Shown here: in pieces, positions 24,801 to 37,900 of the stretch | Layout of the letters: every line of letters starts with the position of its first letter | Position numbering within the stretch: the stretch's first letter is position 1 | Source of the DNA: Eledone cirrhosa | Taxonomy: Eukaryota | Length of the DNA stretch: 64,000 nt | Assembly: GCA_964016885.1 (NCBI GenBank) | Contig: OZ024741.1 | Location: forward strand, 250,170,001 to 250,234,000 | Reading direction: 5' to 3' | Notes under the pieces: model-generated | The model's input: the letters and a program-made list of their open reading frames with translations, nothing else | The model's database searches: none | Told to the model about the DNA's origin: nothing | Program-made: the position numbers and the translations under genes

Positions 24801-25024
24801 TTTCCAGCCGTCCAAGGGGAGATAATTTTCAGCCGTCCAAGGAGAGGTAATTTCTAGCCGTCCAAGGGGAGATAATTTCCAGCCGTCCAAGGGGAGATAA
24901 TTTTTTTTTAAAAATCAGGCGGAGATAATTTGTAAACAAAAATCAGGGGGAGATAATTTGTAAAAAAAAATCAGGGGGAGATAATTTGTAAAAAAAATCA
25001 GGGGGAGATAATTTGTAAAAAAAA
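12808..25024 (+). repeat. HOR copy 2 (12,217 bp; about 1,967-bp deletion plus 2,359-bp duplication)
   Basis: Offset 12850/25067 = 12,217. This matches 11,826 - 1,967 + 2,359 to within 1 bp. Confidence 0.85.
18285..23130 (+). repeat. Recent tandem duplication, 2 x 2,359 bp
   Basis: Offsets 18454/20813, 19449/21808 and 20095/22454 are all 2,359. Both copies carry gtaaaataaaaa, aagcggag, gtctaagg, gtagatttgc, aaggacag and gggaaataattt. Confidence 0.9.
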
Positions 25025-28000
25025 TCAAGGGGAGATAATTTCCAGCCGTCCAAGGGGAGGTAATATCTAGCCATCCAAGGGGAGATAATTTCCAGCCGTC
25101 CAAGGGGAGATAATTTCCAGCCGTCCAAGGGGAGATAATATCCAGCCGTCCAAGGAGACATATTTTCCAGCCGTCCAAGGAGAGGTAATTTCTAGCCGTC
25201 CAAGGGGAGATAAGTTCCTGCCTCCAAGGGGAGATAATTTCCAGCCAGCCAAGGGGAGATAATTTGTAAAAAAATCAGGGGGAGATAATTTGTAAAAAAA
25301 AAATCAGGGGGAGATAATTTGTAAAAAAATCAGGGGGAGATAATTTGTAAAAAAAAAATCAGGGGGAGATAATTTGTAAAAAAAATCAGGGGGAGATAAT
25401 TTGTAAAAAAAATCAGGGGTAGATAATTTGTAAAAAAAATCAGGGGGAGATAATTTGTAAAAAAAATCAGGGGGAGATAATTTGTAAAAAAAACAGGGGT
25501 AGATAATTTTCAGCCCTCCAAGGGGAGATAATTTCCATCCTTCCAAGGGGAGATAATTTCCAGCCGTCCAAGGGGAGATAATTTCCCGCCAGCCAAGGAG
25601 AGATAACATTTAAAAAAATCAGGCGGAGATAATTTGTAAAAAAAATCAGGGGGGGATAATTTGTAAAAAAATCAGGGGGAGATAATTTGTAAAAAAAATC
25701 AGGGGTAGATAATTTCCAGCCGTCCAAGGGGAGATAATTTCCATCCTTCCAAGGGGAGATAATTTCCAGCCGTCCAAGGGGAGATAATTTCCCGCCAGCC
25801 AAGGAGAGATAATATTTAAAAAAATCAGGCGGAGATAATTTGTAAAAAAAATCAGGGGGAGATAATTTGTAAAAAAATCAGGGGGAGATAATTTGTAAAA
25901 AAAAATCAGAGGGAGATAATTTGTAAAAAAAATCAGGGGGAGATAATTTGTAAAAAAAAATCAGAGGTAGATAATTTGTAAAAAAAAATCAGGGGGAGAT
26001 AATTTGTAAAAAAAAATCAGGGGGAGATAATTTGTAAAAAAATCAAGGGGAGATAATTTCCAGCCGTCCAAGGGGAGATAATTTTCAGCCGTCCAAGGAG
26101 AGGTAATTTCTAGCCGTCCAAGGGGAGATAATTTCCAGCCGTTCAAGGGGAGATAATTTTTTTAAAAAAATCAGGCGGAGATAATTTGTAAACAAAAATC
26201 AGGGGGAGATAATTTGTAAAAAAAAATCAGGGGGAGATAATTTGTAAAAAAAAATCAGGGGGAGATAATTTGTAAAAAAAATCAAGGGGAGATAATTTCC
26301 AGCCGTCCAAGGTGAGGTAATATCTAGCCATCCAAGGGGAGATAATTTCCAGCCGTCCAAGGGGAGATAATTTCCAGCGGTCCAAGGGGAGATAATATCC
26401 AGCCGTCCAAGGAGACATATTTTCCAGCCGTCCAAGGAGACGTAATTTCTAGCCGTCCAAGGGGAGATAAGTTCCAGCCTCCAAGGGGAGATAATTTCCA
26501 GCCAGCCAAGGGGAGATAATTTGTAAAAAAATTAGGGGGAGATAATTTGTAAAAAAAAATTAGGGGGAGATAATTTGTAAAAAAAAATCAGGGGGAGATA
26601 ATTTGTAAAAAAAAATCAGGGGGAGATAATTTGTAAAAAAAATCAAGGGGAGATAATTTCCAGCCGTCCAAGGGGAGATAATTTTCAGCCGTCCAAGGAG
26701 AGGTAAATTCTAGCCGTACAAGGAGATATAATTTCCAGCCGTCCAAGGGGAGATAATTTCCAGCCGTCCAAGGGGAGATAATTTTTTAAAAAAAATCAGG
26801 CGGAGATAATTTGTAAACAAAAATCAGGGGGAGATAATTTTTAAAAAAAAATCAGGGGGAGATAATTTGTAAAAAAAAATCAGGGGGAGATAATTTGTAA
26901 AAAAAATCAAGGGGAGATAATTTCCAGCCGTCCAAGGGGAGGTAATATCTAGCCATCCAAGGGGAGATAATTTCCAGCCGTCCAAGGGCAGATTATTTCC
27001 AGCCGTCCAAGGGGAGATAATATCCAGCCGTCCAAGGAGACATATTTTCCAGCCGTCCAAGGAGAGGTAATTTCTAGCCGTCCAAGGGGAGATAAGTTCC
27101 AGCCTCCAAGGGGAGATAATTTCCAGCCAGCCAAGGGGAGATAATTTGTAAAAAAATCAGGGGGGAGATAATTTGTAAAAAAAATCAGGGGGAGATAATT
27201 TGAAAAAAAAATCAGGGGGAGATAATTTGTAAAAAATATCAAGGGGAGATAATTTCCAGCCCTCCAAGGGGCTATAATTTCCAGCCGTGCAAGGGGAGAT
27301 AATTTCCAGCCGTCCAAGGGGAGATAATTTCCATCCTTCCAAGGGGAGATAATTTCCAGCCGTCCAAGGGGAGATAATTTCCCGCCAGCCAAGGGAAGAT
27401 AATTTTTTAAAAAATCAGGCGGAGATTGTAAAAAAAATCAGGGGGAGATAATTTGTAAAAAAATCAGGGGGAGATAATTTGTAAAAAAAAAATCAGGGGG
27501 AGATAATTTGTAAAAAAAAATCAGGGGGAGATAATTTGTAAAAAAAATCAGGGGGAGATAATTTGTAAAAAAAATCAGGGGTAGATAATTTGTAAAAAAA
27601 ATCAGGGGGAGATAATTTGTAAAAAAAATCAGGGGGAGATAATTTGTAAAAAAAATCAGGGGTAGATAATTTTCAGCCGTCCAAGGGGAGATAATTTCCA
27701 TCCTTCCAAGGGGAGATAATTTCCAGCCGTCCAAGGGGAGATAATTTCCCGCCAGCCAAGGAGAGATAACATTAAAAAAAATCAGGCGGAGATAATTTGT
27801 AAAAAAATCAGGGGGAGATAATTTGTAAAAAAAATCAGGGGTAGATAATTTTCAGCCGTCCAAGGGGAGATAATTTCCATCCTTCCAAGGGGAGATAATT
27901 TCCAGCCGTCCAAGGGGAGATAATTTCCCGCCAGCCAAGGAGAGATAACATTTAAAAAAATCAGGGGGAGATAATTTGTAAAAAAAAATCAGGGGGAGAT

Positions 28001-31000
28001 AATTCGTAAAAAAAAATCAGGGGGAGATAATTTGTAAAAAAAAATCAGGGGTAGATAATTTGTAAAAAAAAATCAGGGGGAGATAATTTGTAAAAAAAAA
28101 ATCAGGGGGAGATAATTTGTAAAAAAATCAAGGGGAGATAATTTCCAGCCGTCCAAGGGGAGATAATTTTCAGCCGTCCAAGGAGAGGTAATTTCTAGCC
28201 GTCCAAGGGGAGATAATTTCCAGCCGTCCAAGGGGAGATAATTTTTTTAAAAAAATCAGGCGGAGATAATTTGTAAACAAAAATCAGGGGGAGATAATTT
28301 GTAAAAAAAAATCAGGGGGAGATAATTTGTAAAAAAAAATCAGGGGGAGATAATTTGTAAAAAAAATCAAGGGGAGATAATTTGTAAAAAAAAATCAGGG
28401 GTAGATAATTTGTAAAAAAAAATCAGGGGGAGATAATTTGTAAAAAAAAAATCAGGGGGAGATAATTTGTAAAAAAATCAAGGGGAGATAATTTCCAGCC
28501 GTCCAAGGGGAGATAATTTTCAGCCGTCCAAGGAGAGGTAATTTCTAGCCGTCCAAGGGGAGATAATTTCCAGCCAGCCAAGGGGAGATAATTTGTAAAA
28601 AAATCAGGGGTAGATAATTTGTAAAAAAAAATCAGGGGGAGATAATTTGTAAAAAAAATCGGGGAGATAATTTGTAAAAAAAATCAGGGGTAGATAATTT
28701 ACAGCCGTCCAAGGGGAGATAATTTCCATCCTTCCAAGGGGAGATAATTTCCAGCCGTCCAAGGGGAGATAATTTCCCGCCAGCCAAGGAGAGATAACAT
28801 TTAAAAAAATCAGGCGGAGATAATTTGTAAAAAAAATCAGGGGGAGATAATTTGTAAAAAAATCAGGGGGAGATAATTTGTAAAAAAAAAATCAGGGGGA
28901 GATAATTTGTAAAAAAAAAATCAGGGGGAGATAATTTGTAAAAAAATCAAGGGGAGATAATTTCCAGCCGTCCAAGGGGAGATAATTTTCAGCCGTCCAA
29001 GGAGAGATAATTTCTAGCCGTCCAAGGTGAGATAATTTCCAGCCGTCCAAGGGGAGATAATTTTTTTTAAAAAATCAGGCGGAGATAATTTGTAAACAAA
29101 AATCAGGGGGAGATAATTTGTAAAAAAAAATCAGGGGGAGATAATTTGTAAAAAAAAATCAAGGGGAGATAATTTGTAAAAAAAATCAAGGGGAGATAAT
29201 TTCCAGCCGTCCAAGGGGAGGTAATATCTAGCCATCCAAGGGGAGATAATTTCCAGCCGTCCAAGGGGAGATAATTTCCAGCCGTCCAAGGGGAGATAAT
29301 ATCCAGCCGTCCAAGGAGACATATTTTCCAGCCGTCCAAGGAGAGGTAATTTCTAGCCGTCCAAGGGGAGATAAGTTCCTGCCTCCAAGGGGAGATAATT
29401 TCCAGCCAGCCAAGGGGAGATAATTTGTAAAAAAATCAGGGGGAGATAATTTGTAAAAAAAAAATCAGGGGGAGATAATTTGTAAAAAAATCAGGGGGAG
29501 ATAATTTGTAAAAAAAATCAGGGGGAGATAATTTGTAAAAAAAATCAGGGGTAGATAATTTGTAAAAAAAATCAGGGGGAGATAATTTGTAAAAAAAATC
29601 AGGGGGAGATAATTTGTAAAAAAAACAGGGGTAGATAATTTTCAGCCCTCCAAGGGGAGATAATTTCCATCCTTCCAAGGTGAGATAATTTCCATCCGTC
29701 CAAGGGGAGATAATTTCCCGCCAGCCAAGGAGAGATAACATTTAAAAAAATCAGGCGGAGATAATTTGTAAAAAAAATCAGGGGGGGATAATTTGTAAAA
29801 AAATCAGGGGGAGATAATTTGTAAAAAAAATCAGGGGTAGATAATTTCCAGCCGTCCAAGGGGAGATAATTTCCATCCTTCCAAGGGGAGATAATTTCCA
29901 GCCGTCCAAGGGGAGATAATTTCCCGCCAGCCAAGGAGAGATAATATTTAAAAAAATCAGGCGGAGATAATTTGTAAAGAAAATCAGGGGGAGATAATTT
30001 GTAAAAAAATCAGGGGGAGATAATTTGTAAAAAAAAATCAGGGGGAGATAATTTGTAAAAAAAATCAGGGGGAGATAATTTGTAAAAAAAATCAGGGGTA
30101 GATAATTTGTAAAAAAAAATCAGGGGGAGATAATTTGTAAAAAAAAAATCAGGGGGAGATAATTTGTAAAAAAATCAAGGGGAGATAATTTCCAGCCGTC
30201 CAAGGGGAGATAATTTTCAGCCGTCCAAGGAGAGGTAATTTCTAGCCGTCCAAGGGGAGATAATTTCCAGCCGTCCAAGGGGAGATAATTTTTTTTTAAA
30301 AATCAGGCGGAGATAATTTGTAAACAAAAATCAGGGGGAGATAATTTGTAAAAAAAAATCAGGGGGAGATAATTTGTAAAAAAAATCAGGGGGAGATAAT
30401 TTGTAAAAAAAATCAAGGGGAGATAATTTCCAGCCGTCCAAGGGGAGGTAATATCTAGCCATCCAAGGGGAGATAATTTCCAGCCGTCCAAGGGGAGATA
30501 ATTTCCAGCCGTCCAAGGGGAGATAATATCCAGCCGTCCAAGGAGACATATTTTCCAGCCGTCCAAGGAGAGGTAATTTCTAGCCGTCCAAGGGGAGATA
30601 AGTTCCTGCCTCCAAGGGGAGATAATTTCCAGCCAGCCAAGGGGAGATAATTTGTAAAAAAATCAGGGGGAGATAATTTGTAAAAAAAAAATCAGGGGGA
30701 GATAATTTGTAAAAAAATCAGGGGGAGATAATTTGTAAAAAAAAAATCAGGGGGAGATAATTTGTAAAAAAAATCAGGGGGAGATAATTTGTAAAAAAAA
30801 TCAGGGGTAGATAATTTGTAAAAAAAATCAGGGGGAGATAATTTGTAAAAAAAATCAGGGGGAGATAATTTGTAAAAAAAACAGGGGTAGATAATTTTCA
30901 GCCCTCCAAGGGGAGATAATTTCCATCCTTCCAAGGGGAGATAATTTCCAGCCGTCCAAGGGGAGATAATTTCCCGCCAGCCAAGGAGAGATAACATTTA

Positions 31001-34000
31001 AAAAAATCAGGCGGAGATAATTTGTAAAAAAAATCAGGGGGGGATAATTTGTAAAAAAATCAGGGGGAGATAATTTGTAAAAAAAATCAGGGGTAGATAA
31101 TTTCCAGCCGTCCAAGGGGAGATAATTTCCATCCTTCCAAGGGGAGATAATTTCCAGCCGTCCAAGGGGAGATAATTTCCCGCCAGCCAAGGAGAGATAA
31201 TATTTAAAAAAATCAGGCGGAGATAATTTGTAAAAAAAATCAGGGGGAGATAATTTGTAAAAAAATCAGGGGGAGATAATTTGTAAAAAAAAATCAGAGG
31301 GAGATAATTTGTAAAAAAAATCAGGGGGAGATAATTTGTAAAAAAAAATCAGAGGTAGATAATTTGTAAAAAAAAATCAGGGGGAGATAATTTGTAAAAA
31401 AAAATCAGGGGGAGATAATTTGTAAAAAAATCAAGGGGAGATAATTTCCAGCCGTCCAAGGGGAGATAATTTTCAGCCGTCCAAGGAGAGGTAATTTCTA
31501 GCCGTCCAAGGGGAGATAATTTCCAGCCGTTCAAGGGGAGATAATTTTTTTAAAAAAATCAGGCGGAGATAATTTGTAAACAAAAATCAGGGGGAGATAA
31601 TTTGTAAAAAAAAATCAGGGGGAGATAATTTGTAAAAAAAAATCAGGGGGAGATAATTTGTAAAAAAAATCAAGGGGAGATAATTTCCAGCCGTCCAAGG
31701 TGAGGTAATATCTAGCCATCCAAGGGGAGATAATTTCCAGCCGTCCAAGGGGAGATAATTTCCAGCGGTCCAAGGGGAGATAATATCCAGCCGTCCAAGG
31801 AGACATATTTTCCAGCCGTCCAAGGAGACGTAATTTCTAGCCGTCCAAGGGGAGATAAGTTCCAGCCTCCAAGGGGAGATAATTTCCAGCCAGCCAAGGG
31901 GAGATAATTTGTAAAAAAATTAGGGGGAGATAATTTGTAAAAAAAAATTAGGGGGAGATAATTTGTAAAAAAAAATCAGGGGGAGATAATTTGTAAAAAA
32001 AAATCAGGGGGAGATAATTTGTAAAAAAAATCAAGGGGAGATAATTTCCAGCCGTCCAAGGGGAGATAATTTTCAGCCGTCCAAGGAGAGGTAAATTCTA
32101 GCCGTACAAGGAGATATAATTTCCAGCCGTCCAAGGGGAGATAATTTCCAGCCGTCCAAGGGGAGATAATTTTTTAAAAAAAATCAGGCGGAGATAATTT
32201 GTAAACAAAAATCAGGGGGAGATAATTTTTAAAAAAAAATCAGGGGGAGATAATTTGTAAAAAAAAATCAGGGGGAGATAATTTGTAAAAAAAATCAAGG
32301 GGAGATAATTTCCAGCCGTCCAAGGGGAGGTAATATCTAGCCATCCAAGGGGAGATAATTTCCAGCCGTCCAAGGGCAGATTATTTCCAGCCGTCCAAGG
32401 GGAGATAATATCCAGCCGTCCAAGGAGACATATTTTCCAGCCGTCCAAGGAGAGGTAATTTCTAGCCGTCCAAGGGGAGATAAGTTCCAGCCTCCAAGGG
32501 GAGATAATTTCCAGCCAGCCAAGGGGAGATAATTTGTAAAAAAATCAGGGGGGAGATAATTTGTAAAAAAAATCAGGGGGAGATAATTTGAAAAAAAAAT
32601 CAGGGGGAGATAATTTGTAAAAAATATCAAGGGGAGATAATTTCCAGCCCTCCAAGGGGCTATAATTTCCAGCCGTGCAAGGGGAGATAATTTCCAGCCG
32701 TCCAAGGGGAGATAATTTCCATCCTTCCAAGGGGAGATAATTTCCAGCCGTCCAAGGGGAGATAATTTCCCGCCAGCCAAGGGAAGATAATTTTTTAAAA
32801 AATCAGGCGGAGATTGTAAAAAAAATCAGGGGGAGATAATTTGTAAAAAAATCAGGGGGAGATAATTTGTAAAAAAAAAATCAGGGGGAGATAATTTGTA
32901 AAAAAAAATCAGGGGGAGATAATTTGTAAAAAAAATCAGGGGGAGATAATTTGTAAAAAAAATCAGGGGTAGATAATTTGTAAAAAAAATCAGGGGGAGA
33001 TAATTTGTAAAAAAAATCAGGGGGAGATAATTTGTAAAAAAAATCAGGGGTAGATAATTTTCAGCCGTCCAAGGGGAGATAATTTCCATCCTTCCAAGGG
33101 GAGATAATTTCCAGCCGTCCAAGGGGAGATAATTTCCCGCCAGCCAAGGAGAGATAACATTAAAAAAAATCAGGCGGAGATAATTTGTAAAAAAATCAGG
33201 GGGAGATAATTTGTAAAAAAAATCAGGGGTAGATAATTTTCAGCCGTCCAAGGGGAGATAATTTCCATCCTTCCAAGGGGAGATAATTTCCAGCCGTCCA
33301 AGGGGAGATAATTTCCCGCCAGCCAAGGAGAGATAACATTTAAAAAAATCAGGGGGAGATAATTTGTAAAAAAAAATCAGGGGGAGATAATTCGTAAAAA
33401 AAAATCAGGGGGAGATAATTTGTAAAAAAAAATCAGGGGTAGATAATTTGTAAAAAAAAATCAGGGGGAGATAATTTGTAAAAAAAAAATCAGGGGGAGA
33501 TAATTTGTAAAAAAATCAAGGGGAGATAATTTCCAGCCGTCCAAGGGGAGATAATTTTCAGCCGTCCAAGGAGAGGTAATTTCTAGCCGTCCAAGGGGAG
33601 ATAATTTCCAGCCGTCCAAGGGGAGATAATTTTTTTAAAAAAATCAGGCGGAGATAATTTGTAAACAAAAATCAGGGGGAGATAATTTGTAAAAAAAAAT
33701 CAGGGGGAGATAATTTGTAAAAAAAAATCAGGGGGAGATAATTTGTAAAAAAAATCAAGGGGAGATAATTTGTAAAAAAAAATCAGGGGTAGATAATTTG
33801 TAAAAAAAAATCAGGGGGAGATAATTTGTAAAAAAAAAATCAGGGGGAGATAATTTGTAAAAAAATCAAGGGGAGATAATTTCCAGCCGTCCAAGGGGAG
33901 ATAATTTTCAGCCGTCCAAGGAGAGGTAATTTCTAGCCGTCCAAGGGGAGATAATTTCCAGCCAGCCAAGGGGAGATAATTTGTAAAAAAATCAGGGGTA

Positions 34001-34900
34001 GATAATTTGTAAAAAAAAATCAGGGGGAGATAATTTGTAAAAAAAATCAGGGGGAGATAATTTGTAAAAAAAATCAGGGGTAGATAATTTACAGCCGTCC
34101 AAGGGGAGATAATTTCCATCCTTCCAAGGGGAGATAATTTCCAGCCGTCCAAGGGGAGATAATTTCCCGCCAGCCAAGGAGAGATAACATTTAAAAAAAT
34201 CAGGCGGAGATAATTTGTAAAAAAAATCAGGGGGAGATAATTTGTAAAAAAATCAGGGGGAGATAATTTGTAAAAAAAAAATCAGGGGGAGATAATTTGT
34301 AAAAAAAAAATCAGGGGGAGATAATTTGTAAAAAAATCAAGGGGAGATAATTTCCAGCCGTCCAAGGGGAGATAATTTTCAGCCGTCCAAGGAGAGATAA
34401 TTTCTAGCCGTCCAAGGTGAGATAATTTCCAGCCGTCCAAGGGGAGATAATTTTTTTTAAAAAATCAGGCGGAGATAATTTGTAAACAAAAATCAGGGGG
34501 AGATAATTTGTAAAAAAAAATCAGGGGGAGATAATTTGTAAAAAAAAATCAAGGGGAGATAATTTGTAAAAAAAATCAAGGGGAGATAATTTCCAGCCGT
34601 CCAAGGGGAGGTAATATCTAGCCATCCAAGGGGAGATAATTTCCAGCCGTCCAAGGGGAGATAATTTCCAGCCGTCCAAGGGGAGATAATATCCAGCCGT
34701 CCAAGGAGACATATTTTCCAGCCGTCCAAGGAGAGGTAATTTCTAGCCGTCCAAGGGGAGATAAGTTCCTGCCTCCAAGGGGAGATAATTTCCAGCCAGC
34801 CAAGGGGAGATAATTTGTAAAAAAATCAGGGGGAGATAATTTGTAAAAAAAAAATCAGGGGGAGATAATTTGTAAAAAAATCAGGGGGAGATAATTTGTA
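23920..34900 (+). repeat. Recent tandem duplication, 2 x about 5,388 bp
   Basis: The offset is 5,388, becoming 5,390 after a 2-bp deletion at about 28660. Shared variants found only here are tcagaggtag (25961, 31349) and an extra tcaagggg A-monomer (29160, 34550). Confidence 0.9.
25025..30412 (+). repeat. HOR copy 3, truncated (5,388 bp)
   Basis: Offsets 25067/30455, 25961/31349 and 26949/32337 are all 5,388. Confidence 0.85.
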
Positions 34901-37900
34901 AAAAAAAAATCAGGGGGAGATAATTTGTAAAAAAAATCAGGGGGAGATAATTTGTAAAAAAAATCAGGGGTAGATAATTTGTAAAAAAAATCAGGGGGAG
35001 ATAATTTGTAAAAAAAATTAGGGGGAGATAATTTGTAAAAAAAATCAGGGGTAGATAATTTTCAGCCCTCCAAGGGGAGATAATTTCCATCCTTCCAAGG
35101 GGAGATAATTTCCAGCCGTCCAAGGGGAGATAATTTCCCGCCAGCCAAGGAGAGATAACATTTAAAAAAATCAGGCGGAGATAATTTGTAAAAAAAATCA
35201 GGGGGAGATAATTTGTAAAAAAATCAGGGGGAGATAATTTGTAAAAAAAATCAGGGGTAGATAATTTCCAGCCGTCCAAGGGGAGATAATTTCCATCCTT
35301 CAAAGGGGAGATAATTTCCAGCCGTCCAAGGGGAGATAATTTCCCGCCAGCCAAGGAGAGATAATATTTAAAAAAATCAGGCGGAGATAATTTGTAAAAA
35401 AAATCAGGGGGAGATAATTTGTAAAAAAATCAGGGGGAGATAATTTGTAAAAAAAAATCAGTGGGAGATAATTTGTAAAAAAATCAGGGGGAGATAATTT
35501 GTAAAAAAAAATCAGGGGTAGATAATTTGTAAAAAAAATCAGGGGGAGATAATTTGTAAAAAAAAATCAGGGGGAGATAATTTGTAAAAAAATCAAGGGG
35601 AGATAATTTCCAGCCGTCCAAGGGGAGATAATTTTCAGCCGTCCAAGGAGAGGTAATTTCTAGCCGTCCAAGGGGAGATAATTTCCAGCCGTCCAAGGGG
35701 AGATAATTTTTTTTAAAAAATCAGGCGGAGATAATTTGTAAACAAAAATCAGGGGGAGATAATTTGTAAAAAAAAATCAGGGGGAGATAATTTGTAAAAA
35801 AAAATCAGGGGGAGATAATTTGTAAAAAAAATCAAGGGGAGATAATTTCCAGCCGTCCAAGGGGAGGTAATATCTAGCCATCCAAGGGGAGATAATTTCC
35901 AGCCGTCCAAGGGGAGATAATTTCCAGCCGTCCAAGGGGAGATAATATCCAGCCGTCCAAGGAGACATATTTTCCAGCCGTCCAAGGAGACGTAATTTCT
36001 AGCCGTCCAAGGGGAGATAAGTTCCAGCCTCCAAGGGGAGATAATTTCCAGCCAGCCAAGGGGAGATAATTTGTAAAAAAATTAGGGGGAGATAATTTGT
36101 AAAAAAAAATTAGGGGGAGATAATTTGTAAAAAAAAATCAGGGGGAGATAATTTGTAAAAAAAAATCAGGGGGAGATAATTTGTAAAAAAAATCAAGGGG
36201 AGATAATTTCCAGCCGTCCAAGGGGAGATAATTTTCAGCCGTCCAAGGAGAGGTAAATTCTAGCCGTCCAAGGAGATATAATTTCCAGCCGTCCAAGGGG
36301 AGATAATTTCCAGCCGTCCAAGGGGAGATAATTTTAAAAAAAAAATCAGGGGGAGATAATTTGTAAAAAAAAATCAGGGGGAGATAATTTTTAAAAAAAA
36401 ATCAGGGGGAGATAATTTGTAAAAAAAAATCAGGGGGAGATAATTTGTAAAAAAAATCAAGGGGAGATAATTTCCAGCCGTCCAAGGGGAGGTAATATCT
36501 AGCCATCCAAGGGGAGATAATTTCCAGCCGTCCAAGGGGAGATAATTTCCAGCCGTCCAAGGGGAGATAATATCCAGCCGTCCAAGGAGACATATTTTCC
36601 AGCCGTCCAAGGAGAGGTAATTTCTAGCCGTCCAAGGGGAGATAAGTTCCAGCCTCCAAGGGGAGATAATTTCCAGCCAGCCAAGGGGAGATAATTTGTA
36701 AAAAAATCAGGGGGGAGATAATTTGTAAAAAAAATCAGGGGGAGATAATTTGAAAAAAAAATCAGGGGGAGATAATTTGTAAAAAATATCAAGGGGAGAT
36801 AATTTCCAGCCCTCCAAGGGGCTATAATTTCCAGCCGTGCAAGAGGAGATAATTTCCAGCCGTCCAAGGGGAGATAATTTCCATCCTTCCAAGGGGAGAT
36901 AATTTCCAGCCGTCCAAGGGGAGATAATTTCCCGCCAGCCAAGGGAAGATAATTTTTTAAAAAATCAGGCGGAGATTGTAAAAAAAATCAGGGGGAGATA
37001 ATTTGTAAAAAAATCAGGGGGAGATAATTTGTAAAAAAAAAATCAGGGGGAGATAATTTGTAAAAAAAAATCAGGGGGAGATAATTTGTAAAAAAAATCA
37101 GGGGGAGATAATTTGTAAAAAAAATCAGGGGTAGATAATTTGTAAAAAAAATCAGGGGGAGATAATTTGTAAAAAAAATCAGGGGGAGATAATTTGTAAA
37201 AAAAATCAGGGGTAGATAATTTTCAGCCGTCCAAGGGGAGATAATTTCCATCCTTCCAAGGGGAGATAATTTCCAGCCGTCCAAGGGGAGATAATTTCCC
37301 GCCAGCCAAGGAGAGATAACATTTAAAAAAATCAGGCGGAGATAATTTGTAAAAAAATCAGGAGGAGATAATTTGTAAAAAAAATCAGGGGTAGATAATT
37401 TCCAGCCGTCCAAGGGGAGATAATTTCCATCCTTCCAAGGGGAGATAATTTCCAGCCGTCCAAGGGGAGATAATTTCCCGCCAGCCAAGGAGAGATAATA
37501 TTTAAAAAAATCAGGCGGAGATAATTTGTAAAAAAAATCAGGGGGAGATAATTTGTAAAAAAATCAGGGGTAGATAATTTGTAAAAAAAAATCAGGGGGA
37601 GATAATTTGTAAAAAAAAATCAGGGAGAGATAATTTGTAAAAAAAAATCAGGGGTAGATAATTTGTAAAAAAAAATCAGGGGGAGATAATTTGTAAAAAA
37701 AAAATCAGGGGGAGATAATTTGTAAAAAAATCAAGGGGAGATAATTTCCAGCCGTCCAAGGGGAGATAATTTTCAGCCGTCCAAGGAGAGGTAATTTCTA
37801 GCCGTTCAAGGGGAGATAATTTCCAGCCGTCCAAGGGGAGATAATTTTTTTAAAAAAATCAGGCGGAGATAATTTGTAAACAAAAATCAGGGGGAGATAA

